This document shows positions 24,655 through 37,264 of a stretch of DNA of 64,000 bases, one piece after another. How positions within the stretch are numbered: the stretch's first letter is position 1; each line of letters begins with the position of its first letter. The translations under genes and the position numbers were made by a program. This DNA is from Takakia lepidozioides. Lineage: Eukaryota > Plantae > Bryophyta. The stretch is from NCBI GenBank assembly GCA_030704615.1, contig CM060733.1, forward strand, positions 44,702,001 to 44,766,000. The letters run 5' to 3'. Under the pieces are notes generated by a model. It had not been told where the DNA came from. It searched no databases and was given only the letters and a program-made list of their open reading frames with translations.

Positions 24655-27180
24655 CTGCCTACACAGTGTGCGGTTCCGCAGACTGTTTGAGCTGACAGTG
24701 AAGGGTTCATTTTATACTCAAAAATGTGCCCATGAAGTCCAAATTTTGCACCCAGAAACATTGAAATGCTCAGCTCAAACAGTGTGCGTTGCCGCACACT
24801 GTCTGAGCTGGCAGTGAAGGGTTCATTTCACACTCACACAGGTGCCCCTGAAGTCCAAATTTTGCACCCAGAAACATTGAAATGCTCAGCTCAAACAGTG
24901 TGCGTTGCCGCACACTGTCTGGGCTGGCAGTGAAGGGTTCATTTCACACTCACACAGGTGCCCCTGAAGTCCAAATATTTCACCCAGAAACATTGAAATG
25001 CTCAGCTCAAACAGTGTGCGTTGCCGCACACTGTCTGAGCTGGCAGTGAAGGGTTCATTTCACACTCACACAGGTGCCCCTGAAGTCCAAATATTTCACC
25101 CAGAAACATTGAAATGCTCAGCTCAAACAGTGTGCGTTGCCGCACACTGTCTGAGCTGGCAGTGAAGGGTTCTTTTCACACTCACACAGGTGCCCCTGAA
25201 GTCCAAATATTTCACCCAGAAACATTGAAATGCTCAGCTCAAACAGTGTGCGTTGCCGCACACTGTCTGAGCTGGCAGTGAAGGGTTCTTTTCACACTCA
25301 CACAGGTGCCCCTGAAGTCCAAATTTTGCATCCAGAAACATTGAAATGCTCAGCTCAAACAGTGTGCGTTGCCGCACACTGTCTGAGCTGGCAGTGAAGG
25401 GTTCATTTCACACTCACACAGGTGCCCCTGAAGTCCAAATTTTGCACCCAGAAACATTGAAATGCTCAGCTCAAACAGTGTGCGTTGCCGCACACTGTCT
25501 GGGCTGGCAGTGAAGGGTTCTTTTCACACTCACACAGGTGCCCCTGAAGTCCAAATATTTCACCCAGAAACATTGAAATGCTCAGCTCAAACAGTGTGCG
25601 TTGCCGCACACTGTCTGAGCTGGCAGTGAAGGGTTCATTTCACACTCACACAGGTGCCCTGAAGTCCAAATTTTGCACCCAGAAACATTGAAATGCTCAG
25701 CTCAAACAGTGTGCGTTGCCGCACACTGTCTGAGCTGGCAGTGAAGGGTTCATTTCACACTCACACAGGTGCCCCTGAAGTCCAAATATTTCACCCAGAA
25801 ACATTGAAATGCTCAGCTCAAACAGTGTGCGTTGCCGCACACTGTCTGAGCTGGCAGTGAAGGGTTCTTTTCACACTCACACAGGTGCCCCTGAAGTCCA
25901 AATATTTCACCCAGAAACATTGAAATGCTCAGCTCAAACAGTGTGCGTTGCCGCACACTGTATGAGCTGGCAGTGAAGGGTTCTTTTCACACTCACACAG
26001 GTGCCCCTGAAGTCCAAATTTTGCATCCAGAAACATTGAAATGCTCAGCTCAAACAGTGTGCGTTGCCGCACACTGTCTGAGCTGGCAGTGAAGGGTTCA
26101 TTTCACACTCACACAGGTGCCCCTGAAGTCCAAATTTTGCACCCAGAAACATTGAAATGCTCAGCTCAAACAGTGTGCGTTGCCGCACACTGTCTGGGCT
26201 GGCAGTGAAGGGTTCTTTTCACACTCACACAGGTGCCCCTGAAGTCCAAATATTTCACCCAGAAACATTGAAATGCTCAGCTCAAACAGTGTGCGTTGCC
26301 GCACACTGTCTGAGCTGGCAGTGAAGGGTTCTTTTCACACTCACACAGGTGCCCCTGAAGTCCAAATATTTCACCCAGAAACATTGAAATGCTCAGCTCA
26401 AACAGTGTGCGTTGCCGCACACTGTCTGAGCTGGCAGTGAAGGGTTCTTTTCACACTCACACAGGTGCCCCTGAAGTCCAAATATTTCACCCAGAAACAT
26501 TGAAATGCTCAGCTCAAACAGTGTGCGTTGCCGCACACTGTATGAGCTGGCAGTGAAGGGTTCTTTTCACACTCACACAGGTGCCCCTGAAGTCCAAATT
26601 TTGCATCCAGAAACATTGAAATGCTCAGCTCAAACAGTGTGCGTTGCCGCACACTGTCTGAGCTGGCAGTGAAGGGTTCATTTCACACTAACATTACAGA
26701 CATCAAGACCAAATTTTGAACCCTAAAACATTGAAAAGGTCTGCTCAAACATTGTGCGTTGCCGCACGCTGTTTGAGCTGGTTTTGAAGGGTTCATTTCA
26801 ACCTCAGATAACAGACAGCAAAGACCAAATTTTGCACCCAGAAACACCGAAATGCCCAGCTCAAACAGTGTGCGTTGCCGCACACTGTCTGAGCTGGCAG
26901 TGAAGGGTTCATTTCACACTCACACAGGTGCCCCTGAAGTCCAAATTTTGCACCCATAAACATTGAAATGCTCAGCTCAAACAGTGTGCGTTGCCGCACA
27001 CTGTCTGGGCTGGCAGTGAAGGGTTCTTTTCACACTCACACAGGTGCCCCTGAAGTCCAAATTTTGCACCCAGAAACATTGAAATGCTCAGCTCAAACAG
27101 TGTGCGTTGCCGCACACTGTCTGGGCTGGCAGTGAAGGGTTCGTTTCACCCTCACATAACAGACATCAAGACCAAATTTT
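24655..27180. repeat. 116-bp tandem satellite, about 22 copies, each with a 40-bp palindrome
   Basis: Period 116 (24771, 24887, 25003 and on). Each unit contains CAGCTCAAACAGTGTGCG-TTGC-CGCACACTGTCTGAGCTG. Confidence 0.97.
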
Positions 27181-27210
27181 GCAAGACCAATGGTTCTTTC
27201 TTTCACAAAT

Positions 27211-27575
27211 ACCTGCCTTTCAAAGCCGAATTCTTCACAAATATGGGTCGTGTGGATTTTACCTTTTTCGTAGCTACTCGAGAAGACTCCCCAGTTGCCG
27301 GGGACGCTTTCCGCTTGGGGCTGCTCTCTTCGCCGACTATGTAGGTGAGCCTCTCCCCCTTCCTCTTTCCCGTGGTCAGATCGTTCGTGAGGCCAGTGTC
27401 AACATCTTCCTCCATGTCGTCTGTCTCTCCCTCAGACGCAGTGTCCTCCTCGCCTGTTCCTGGAACTATGGTGGGTTGTTGTTCTTCTCCAGATTCCTGC
27501 TCCTCCATCGCCACACTTTCCTGTATTCCCTCTTCTTCCTCCTTTTCCTCTTCCTCCACTCTTTCCATCCTCATT
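27211..27575 (-). CDS. Acidic/basic low-complexity exon, probable N-terminus of gene B
   Basis: ORF MERVEEEEKEEE...SPKRKASP..KKVK ends at an AG|GTATTT donor, and gene A has a similar low-complexity N-terminus. The splice phase to 24425 does not fit directly. Confidence 0.45.
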
Positions 27576-28515
27576 CTATATCTAGCTCTATTCCTGTTTC
27601 TAGAACTCGTGAAGTATAATGACTTCCTTCTCTTTCTCCTCCGCTGGAAACAAGGGCTCCCCACGATGCCCCTGGAGCTCTCCAGTTTGACGTTTGCAAC
27701 AAGTTCTGGTATCGCATGTAACAAAAATAAAAATGGACGTTGTCAACCGTATTTGGATGCGGGTGTTGATATTGTGTGCGAACGGAATTCATCCATTTTG
27801 TCGTCTTTGTATTACCCAGCTAATAAAGCGCCGAAGAAAAAGAATATCCGTTGCATGCATTTGCGATATATGTCAGATGTGCTTCGCCGCCTGCCAATAC
27901 ATGGCGGCCTCCTTGCCTTCTTTCAAATTCGAATGCGCCGTAGAAATGTAGTGCTTTTTCAATTCCGAGCAGTTCTTCCAGATTCGCAATAATTGTTATG
28001 CTTCACATATGCATCCACGTGTGTTGTGCTGCATGCCCTGTGGTTTTTTTTATGCCGTGACCGTCCCCATGGGGTCATTCGGTATAAAGGATTGTGTCGG
28101 ATATGACCATGTGTTGCACACATTCGTGCGAGGTATCTCTTGAAGTGTCGGTGTTTGTTCTGTGCTATTCTGGCGCAACACAATCTCATTACAATCGGAT
28201 CTTCCTGTTTACTGCTCTCCAGGGTTGTTGCCGTCATTTCATAATGGATGGTTTCATGTCAATTTCAGGGTTTGTTTTCCATCCAAAACAGTACGGCTTC
28301 TTGTGGCTCTGGTCTTTCAAAACCGTTTTTCTGGTTGGTGGGAGGTGAATGTGCACGTCATCCCTACATCCTTGGCATGCATCGCCGGCAGCCTTGGGTT
28401 TGGTGCTACCCTTGTTGACCTCAGTTTGCTGGTGGTATTTCCACTTTCGATAATTACGGGCTCTCAGTTCGGGGATTCCGTTCTGCATCGGCAGTTTCGT
28501 TCAGTGCTGGAAAAC

Positions 28516-31500
28516 ATGTCGAGGGAGCGAGATGCACTCGCTCGATTCCATTCCAATGCAGGTACTCTTCCACTGACTGCCACTGCAGACGACGATGGGT
28601 ATGCAGTTGTTCATGAGGATGAGCTGGTTACAGTGTTCCCGCTGGAGTTGGGTTCTCTGCTTGTTCAGAAAGAGGTGTATGACGAGGATGGGAATTTGGA
28701 TTCTGGGCACTTGGAGAAACCCTTGGTTGGCGAGTGTGGAAGGAAGTGGAGAGTCCTTCCAGGAACATACCGTGTCCTTGGAAAAGAGAGAAGACAATCA
28801 GCAGGATCAGTCGTTACCCCTGGCACTGCAGCATCGGTCGTGCAACAGAAGGGCACAGTTCCTGTGAAACAAGAGGTGAGCACATCCACTACCTTCGTTA
28901 CTCTTTCGGACTCGTCCTCGGAGGATGTTTCTGAGATTCCTCCGCCAGTGCAAACTCCCTTATTGGATGATGACGAATTGCGCGAGATAACAAGTGTCAT
29001 TCCAAAATTGAAAGCCCTCGCAGGTGTGCCTGGGTGCAAGAGCGAGCTACGTTTTGTTGATTGGGAGTCCCTTCCAGTGCAACGTGTTCAATACGTGCCA
29101 GCTCAGTTTGATGGGGACATCTTGTTTGAGCTCAACCCTCCCACGTCTTCCAGTGGACTGGCTGGGCTTCTGCAGGGCATGGACAAGAAACATGACGGAC
29201 ATCCTTGGTGCAGGACAAAAACTTCGAACATCCATAACGACATTGGCTTGAAATTTCGGAGGTCGGTTTGCGTTGGGCATTGCAAGTGCCTGAATATTTC
29301 TTGCCCTCGGCTGAGAAACAGCGCTCAGCCAAACGAAAGTGAGTGGGAAGGTGTGCCCCTGAATCCTTTCACCCCAGGGCTTGCACCTCCCAATACCAAT
29401 ACTTTTGTGTGCAGGTTCTGCAAACTTTCCCCGTCCTGTGTTTCTGTTTGCCACGCTCGTATGTATCAGGTGGCACATCGATGCAAGACAATGACTCGTG
29501 CCTGCATTCATATGGGTGCACACGAGCATCCTGTGTCCAAAGGGAGTTGCAGGGATAGCGTGGACATCGCAAGAAATCTACTGAAGCAAGAGTTCCATAA
29601 TGCCCCTTCTGCAACACCTTCTGCTATAGCGCTTGCAGCTAGCAAGGCATTCCTGGAAAAACACATACTGGGTGAAGGGGATTCGACACAGCCAATGCTG
29701 GATGCAGATTCCCTTGAGGCAGTCATGGACCATTTCTCCGTGTTGAGCTCTCCCAATATTCGAAACCAGGTGAATGCACTCAGAATGGGCACAGGCACTG
29801 CTGGATTCATGGACAACATTATGGACCTCAAACGGAGGAGTCGCTATGAATTCATTCAAAACAGTATGTTCCCTGGCCAGGGCTCGTCCAAAGTGTATTT
29901 GTTCAAGATGTCCGCTGTGGGCCAAGGCAGTGGTGTGAGCATTGTCCGCCGAATGCAACCTGGAGGAGATTTGGCTAAATGTTGGTTAATGTTTGATCAC
30001 TGCAAACGGGTGAAGGGTTGGACAACCATGGCGTGCCATGTGTATGATCCAGCGTACCAGCGTGTGCTCTCCATAGCAATTTGTGATATGCAGTCGGAGG
30101 ACACTGAATCCCAGATGCTCATGTGGAAGTCCCTCCTGACCGTCATGCAGCGCAATGGAATACAGAACACAAACTTTGCGGGCTTCATGGCTGATAGTGC
30201 ACAGGCAAATTTCAATGCAGTGCGGCGCGTGTTTGGTTCTGGGGATCCTAAGGTCCCCATGGAAAATAGGGAGCGCACATGCCTCTTCCATTGGAGTCAA
30301 TCTCTGGCACGTCATACAAAGCGCTGCATTCGCCCTGACCTTCAGTTGGAGCATAGAAGGCTCTGTCTGAAGTACAAGAATGCCACCTCAATGGGAGAAG
30401 CAGAGAGCACTTACCAGGCAATCCGGGCTTGGTGGTTCTCCGCTGGTGCTGCTACAGGTATCCACCTGAAGGAGTTGGAGGACTGGTTGGTTTTCTGGCA
30501 CTTCAGGTACAGACAGTGGGGAGCTTTCATGACGACGGTAAGCCTCACAAGTTTTCCTTAAACACAAATTGCACTTTGCATCGTGCCTGTTCATTTGGGG
30601 TTGTTCGATTGTCACTTGAATAACCTCTACCATTTCTTTTCCTTCCTCACATTTCCATGCAATGCCTCCTGCAGGACATGTCCTTGGAGGACTTGGCCGA
30701 CATGCCATCGTGTAATTTGGCAGAGACTGTTCACAACGCCTGGATGCAACAGTCTACCAAAGCAGGTCGTGACTTGTATGTGGCCACTGCTGATGACATG
30801 GTGCGGGCACTTACACAACAAACCAGGTACCGCAATTTTCTGATGGGACGGGGTGGAGGGAAGGGCCCCGATTCGACTTTGTTGATGCTAAGGGCTGCGA
30901 GTAGGTCCGGAGACCCGTCAAAGATGGCCAGAGCTCTAAACAGGTGCACTGAAGGTTCCCCTCTGCAATCCAGGCTCCCCCATTTGGAAGGCGAGGAAAG
31001 ATTTGGATCATGCAAAAGGAAATTAAACACTCTTCCAGGGTCAGATGGAGATTCCCATAGGCCAGACAGGGTCAATTTCTCTGTGCCAAAGGTGTCTCCA
31101 GTGCAGACTAAGTCCTGTGCCGGCCCCTTCCCAGGTGGGTCCTCCTCCTGTGGAGCAGGTGCGGAACATGCAAGCATAGCAGCGGAAATCCCATTGGAGG
31201 AGGTGGTGGCCATGGTGCAGGAATCTGATTGCATTGATAGTGACTGGCATATAGAACGCACCCCACCAGGATCTAGAGTGGCTTGCATGGCAATTCGGAC
31301 CCCCTCTTTCAAGAAATGCAAATCAAAAATATGCAAAGGCTCCAGGGGGACTCCAGCTCCAACATTCACAGGGTTGTTCCGACCTTATCATAGTGGGGAG
31401 TCAAAAGAGCACAAGTTTTGGTTCTGCCCAGACGATATGGCACGATGCGTGAAGGGAACAGTTCGTCCTTCCGTGATAATGAAGCCCCCTCCCCCCGCAA

Positions 31501-32087
31501 TTTGGCCTGTGCAAATTGGGACATCGCTGTCCTCAACCGAGATAAGCATGCTGGAGGAGGGAGGGTTTTGTCTTGCACGGTCCCGGGTGGTGCCCTTATG
31601 CACTGTCGGCACAGATGTGCCACATGCTCCGACAATGCCTCCACCCGGTGCCAACTCCCACCCAACAAAAAGAGATGGAAAAACAGTGCGCCGTGTTGCT
31701 TCGGGTGCAGATCACGAATGCAAGATGGAATCGGCTAGAATTTTGCAGGCTACGGTGGCTCGTATCACCGAAGTCCCTTCCCCGGGGTATGGACGGATTT
31801 ACACAGTGCTGTCAATTGGCTCAGTTCTTCATGCCAAAGAATATCAAGTTACCATTGGGAATTTCCCATCGTGCACTTGTCCGGATTTTGTAACGATGCG
31901 TGAGGGCGCTCTCGGCATGAGAGGGAAGTGGGTCCCCTGCAAGCATCAATATTACATATACCTTGTAATTATGTGTTGCGACGGTAAGAGAGACCAATTC
32001 ATTCACCAAGCCACACTAGGCTACGGAGAAGTCATCACCCTTCTGCAGCGGGACACCTCGCGTAGAGCTCCGCCAACTTCTCTTTGA
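28516..32087 (+). CDS. Intact Mutator-like DDE transposase with N-terminal Cys-rich (GCM/WRKY-like) region and C-terminal SWIM zinc finger, about 1144 aa
   Basis: join(28516..30537,30675..32087) with a phase-0 GT-AG intron. Motifs MFDH (D), FMADSAQA (D), CLFHW (CxxH), NLAETVH (E) and SWIM CTCPDF...PCKH. Confidence 0.85.
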
Positions 32088-32644
32088 ACACATACGAGCC
32101 ATGCCCGCTTCCCATGCTGGTTTCCAGGTTGCCGTGTGAAGACTTTTCATTTTATGACAAACATATACATTTCGTTCACTTGTGAGGGCAAATGCACTTG
32201 CGATTCATTGTAAGCGTCTCTCTGTGAATTGAAATAAACTGTGTCAATCATTCTGAGCTCAAATCTGACATGTTTACATATTCCTCTTTTTTGGCACGCA
32301 TTGCAGACATGGTGCATGGTGGCCTCCTTTGTTTTGTCCACGGTAATAGGCCCTCTTCCTGCAATCCTCGCCTATAGGACCTGCTTCTCCAGCAGATTCA
32401 TGCCGCTCACGCTTCCCTGAAGCGTGAGCTCAGCTCACGCTTCAAAGCTTGAACGTGAGCTCAGCTCCCAGGCTCACGGGGCTGGGCTCACGCCGTAGCT
32501 ACGCTGCACTATAGATTGGGGGGGTGTGTGATCACACTCCCCTCCTTGTCTTTCTTTCCTCCTTTGCATGTCTTGGTCCTCCTCGCTCGTCTTTGTCTTG
32601 GTCATGGTCTATGTCCTCGCTCGTCTTCATCTTTGTCATGGTCT

Positions 32645-34226
32645 ATGTCCACGCCTAGTAAGAAGCACTTGACCGCCGAGGCAGCATCACCTCCTCCCAC
32701 TTCTGCACATTCCAGCCCCGCGGTGCGTAGGAGCCCCTGCCTGGCTCGACTGAATCCGCAAAAGATGGCCTCGGTGCGAGGGGGAAAGTGGCACGGTGGG
32801 CGGTCTTCGAGTTTGGATTCTGACACAAGCGAGTATAGCATGGGCGATGACGATGACGTGGAGGACAGTTCGGCGGAAACTGCACCTCCATCTGCAGAGT
32901 CTCTCCAAAAGGTGCACAAACGGCACAAACCCGCTGCGCATGAGGTGAGTTCTACCCTTACTTGGGTTCATGTTTTCTGGGCGTTGAGTTCTCCTCAAAC
33001 TGAAATTGGGATGCACATATCCATAAAGTTGTTCAAACAGGAAGGGCAAAGCGCCGAGTCTCACTAAATTGTTCTCGTACAGAGGGATTAACTTTGAGGT
33101 CAAGAAAACCTTGCTTTGTCGCGTCATTGGACTTGCCTTGGAGTACGCATTTGCTATATGGGTTGATAACTCCAACGAGGCTAGGTCTGCAGAATCCTTC
33201 CAAGTGGGGGTGCTTAAGGAGTGGATGTCCGCATGCTCCAAAACAGCCAATGTGGCTGTTCAGGGTGGGTGTGGCATCCCTTCCTTAAGCTCTTGTGGAG
33301 ATTAATTGAAGGTGAGATGGTGAAGTCTGTTGCGACACATGTCTTCACACCAGAGATCGTAGGTTAATCGACTCTATATCTTGGACAGAACCGTCGAACC
33401 AAATAGGCCAAGTCTTGGCAGAAGACAGTAGAATTGACTCTCAAGGATCTGAATGTGGACCCGCACGTCTTCATCTTGCTGGATAAATGCGACTTAGAGA
33501 TTGTAGTGTCCACGGAAGTGAGTGTTACCAGAGAAAATGTGTAATGAAAATGAAGTTAGGCAGAAAACATCCCTGAACATGTTTTCAATCTGTGACATGG
33601 GGGAGGACATCGTGGAAAACCACTCTATTCCTAACTTTCAGCCCAACCCAAGGCGTCATTGGCCATGGGTGTTGACCACCAACAAGTATGTTTTCCCAAG
33701 GCCCCAGGTCTGCGAGTTTTTAAACCTTCTCTTCCGGTATTTCTACGTTGGGATATGGTCCTGTGCTTCCAAGGGGAATGTTGTAGACATCTTGAAAGTG
33801 GTGATGTAGGGGGTCAAGGGTTCTCCCCTCTTTGTGTGGTCACAAGAGGAGTGTGACCCCTTGACAGAGCCACACCCTAGAAAAGGGCCTGCCGTACAGA
33901 ACTTACAGAAGAGACTGTCGAGGGCGTGGTCGCAATTTTTTGGATTTAACGAATCCAACACCCTCTTAGTGGATGATTCACCACACAAGGGGAGGGGGAA
34001 CTCCCCTTTGAACATGGTCCATCCATTGTCGTTTGATGTCACTGGCAATGTCAGTGAGGGGCCCGATTCAGACTACCTTTTAGAAACAGTCTGGCCCTAC
34101 TGCCAAGATTTGTTTTGCTCCAAGGATGTGCGTGTCTTCACAAGCATGCGGAAGCTGACCCCGACTGGCAGCTTGAATGTGGGAGAGGATGGGGTCGTTG
34201 GGGGAAGTGCTTCTGCGCCCATGTAG
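32645..34226 (+). pseudogene. Degenerate gene with FCP1/NIF-like (HAD phosphatase-like) domain inside the CACTA element
   Basis: VFPRPQVCEFL..FYVGIWSCA, FVWSQEEC, NTLLVDDSPHK..N..HP.SF, with in-frame stops. Confidence 0.7.
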
Positions 34227-34994
34227 GTGAAACTAACCTTACTATTTGCAACATGACATCGAAGCCAAAAGAGATGTTTGTTTTGTTCCCCCCGGATGCC
34301 CTCTCACGCAAGGCTGGCACTATATGTTTTGCAGGGACCACAGGGAGTGGCACTGGGGTCGAATGTGAAGAAGGTGGGTCCTGCGCCAAGGACCATAGTG
34401 CTATGGCGCCAGCATTCCGGATCTGCCCCCCGGCATGAGGAGGCAGCGCCCAAGGTATGGTTGTTCCCAGCCCCTCTCCGCAAACTTACTTGGTTGGTTT
34501 CCTTTATGGATACACTTCCTGAAGCGTTGCAATGTGTATTCATTGCAGGTGAGCAAGAGGAGTGGGCTGTCCCCGGCACCATCATCGCAGAAGAACGTGG
34601 TTCCCCAGGCATGCATTCATGGCTCTTTGTTTTGCCTGGTTTCTAGTAGGGTTATTTTTGCCAGGAAGTTGTAGTGTGCGGGGTCTGAGCAGGGTGTTTG
34701 TTAGCTTGTTCCGTGGAGGTGTGTTTATACCATTGCAACCACCAGAGTTCATGTTATTCTTATCCCTCTGACTAAACCTCTTTTTGCTGCTGCAATTGAA
34801 GACATGTGGGCAGCTTTCCTCAGTTGCCACCCTCAGCGACGAGCCTCGCTTCAAGGTACGTTGGTACACCGTGAATTTGCTGCTGATTCAGTATCGTGGC
34901 AACCAAGATCGTTTCCATGCCCAGCTGCGCTTGACTTTCACCCTGTCATTGCTATGTTTGTTGCTGAGTGGACCCTGATGTTGGTGTCTGCAGA

Positions 34995-35275
34995 TATCAG
35001 TTCATGTGTTTCTCCTGAACCCCAATGACAAGCGGTCAAAGACAGCCGCCGCAAAGGCGGAAGTGGTGGGAATAGCCGGGGTTGATAAGTTCCACTGCAA
35101 GGACATTCGTTCTGGGTGGTACAAGGTGAAAGTCCACAAGATCATGCTTCCAAGTGTTACATTGCCTTGCCCAAATCTGGACGATGCCCCCCCCAATACC
35201 ACACTAGCGCACATGAAAGGCACGGTGACTCTGTGGCCAGAGAAGAGTATGAGGAAAGGTGAAAGTATCAAGTGA
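34995..35275 (+). pseudogene. CACTA ORF2-type C-terminal domain
   Basis: FHCKDIRSGWYKVKV...LPCPN...TL...GTVTLWP is the pattern typical of EnSpm ORF2/TNP1 C-termini. Confidence 0.6.
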
Positions 35276-35639
35276 GATTTCATGTTTGTAGTCCCTCTTG
35301 GGTGTGTAATGATACTCATAGAAGTGTGTATGATACTCACGTTACCAGTTTTGAACATTTGGGCCATGACAGTTTATGTGATGTCCGGCAACCATGTATG
35401 TTGGCATTTTGTCTTGCTCATACGCAGGTGTGCCGTGACGGTCTCTTATTTGAATGTAATATCACATTTTCCTGACTTGTCGTCGTGTCCGTCCACCTTC
35501 TATGTGTATGTGTGATGGTCTTTGGTCTCCCTGGACTACGTCTATTTGGTTCATTAGCGTGATGTTGTGCATGCATCGTGGTCTGTGTTCTGAGTCTCGC
35601 CCAGTATCATTGCTTCTCAATTCCCCCTGCATATGGGTG

Positions 35640-37264
35640 AACCACTAAAACCACTAGAATGCATCAGAACCATACTTTCAGCTTATAATGCAGGTCATTT
35701 GGACAACTCACACAAACCACTACAAGTGCTTGTTTGCAATGCTTTCCTACTGTAGTGCAACCAACTAGCACAGTGGCAGCGGAGTTGGCCAAAGCAGTCC
35801 CGAGAGGGCACAAACACTCTGCGTCTTTCTACTAGCAGTCGTACCCCTCACTGCCATTGCATGGGGACGACGCCACGCGTCGACCCACACACTCTCCACG
35901 TAGTCCCCGTGGATTTGTCTGCCGGCAGTTGTGCAGTCGACTTCGTCAGTCGCTGTTGCCACGTGACATGCAGCACTCCAAGTTATGTGGCCGACTGCGA
36001 TGTGGCGTCTTGGGCCGTGGCCACGCAGCAGCATTGCCGCTCGCCGCGGCGCCGCCACATCGGCGTCCACGTCCGCGTCCGCGTCCATGTGTCACCGCGC
36101 CCCGGGTGAGTCAGTCCACTCATCCGGAGGGAGAAGTCAAAGTCAGCCCAAAAGGTCAGACACACGGGCGGCCGGCCTGGTTATGCCACGTGGTTCTTCA
36201 GCATTAATCGCATTAATCGCTGAGCAGTTGTTCGCACGTCTGCATCCTTTACCACTCCAATCATTGGATGTCCAACCCAACTATCACGTCTGTTGTAACT
36301 AGTCGTTTGTAACTTCCAGTCGATCCCATTTATTTTACTTTTACGACTCAAAATGAGTCGTTACCCCAATGGTAAATGTCACGAATGCTTCTACTGAGAC
36401 ACAGTGAGTGGTTTCAGCACACAACCTAACCACTACATCAATACTGGTACAACCACTCAGTCCGTGGTTTTAGCACACAAAGTAACCACTACTGCAATAA
36501 TGCTACAACCACTCAGTAGGTGGTCTTAGCACACAACCTAACCACTACCTCAATACTGTTAGAACCACTCAAACAGTGGTTTTACCGCATAACCTAACCA
36601 CTACCTCAATACTGTTAGAACCACTCAGACAGTGGTTTTACCACACATCCTAACCACTATTGCAACACTAGTAGAACCACTCAATAAATGATAATATACA
36701 TTGTTTATTCTCGTTTCATGACTATTCTTGTTATTCAATGCTCACTCACAGAGTTGTTTGTGTAGTCATTGCATTTTCCAGCGCATCCCTAAAATAGGGC
36801 ACGTGCTAATTTGCAATATCGCCATGTGTTCAGATCGTGGTCAACATAACCGTGCAACCGGATTTGTCTACATGTCCATATAGATACGGACACGTGTCCG
36901 TCCATTGCTAAGTATGATCGACGGAGTTGATGCGTCCACATCGCATACGGTGGAAGTGGTTGGAATCACTATGTTCTGAAGTGGTTAGTTTGCTACTGTG
37001 ACACGTCAGACGTGACCTGGCTTACCACTCTGACACGTCACAAGTGGTTATTTTACCACTGTGACATGTAAGCGAACAGCTGGACTCGGAGGCAAGTGAT
37101 CGTAACCACTGTCGTTAACCAGTTCGGACACGTCATGTCTTTAACCACTGCTGAGTCAAGATCCACTGGTTCTATACCACTAGACATGCCATAGTGGTTG
37201 GATGTCTTTTCCCACTCAAAATGAGTGGTTGCCAGAGTGGTTATTCCCCGTTTTTCCTCTAGTG
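35640..37264. repeat. CACTA subterminal repeats and TIR
   Basis: Many AACCACT/AGTGGTT motifs in both orientations; terminal TAGTG. Confidence 0.85.

Larger units (their letters stand above)
19904..32506. mobile_element. Mutator-like DNA transposon B (about 12.6 kb) with transposase and ParB-MTase cargo gene
   Basis: CACTATAGA occurs at 19895-19903 and 32507-32515. Both ends share GCTAnnnCGTGAGCC at the same distance from the terminus in inverted orientation, with clustered CGTGAGC motifs at both ends. Confidence 0.8.
1..37264. mobile_element. Large CACTA element (right part) hosting nested insertions
   Basis: Ends ...CCGTTTTTCCTCTAGTG (CACTA on the minus strand). Dense AACCACT/AGTGGTT subterminal repeats lie at 35640-37245. 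It contains a CACTA transposase and an ORF2-like domain. The left TIR is not in the window, so a single element is inferred. Confidence 0.6.

Noticed and set aside
24655-27180. CRISPR array (palindromic repeat with regular spacing)
   Set aside because: The intervening sequences are identical rather than unique spacers, there are no cas genes, and the context is eukaryotic.
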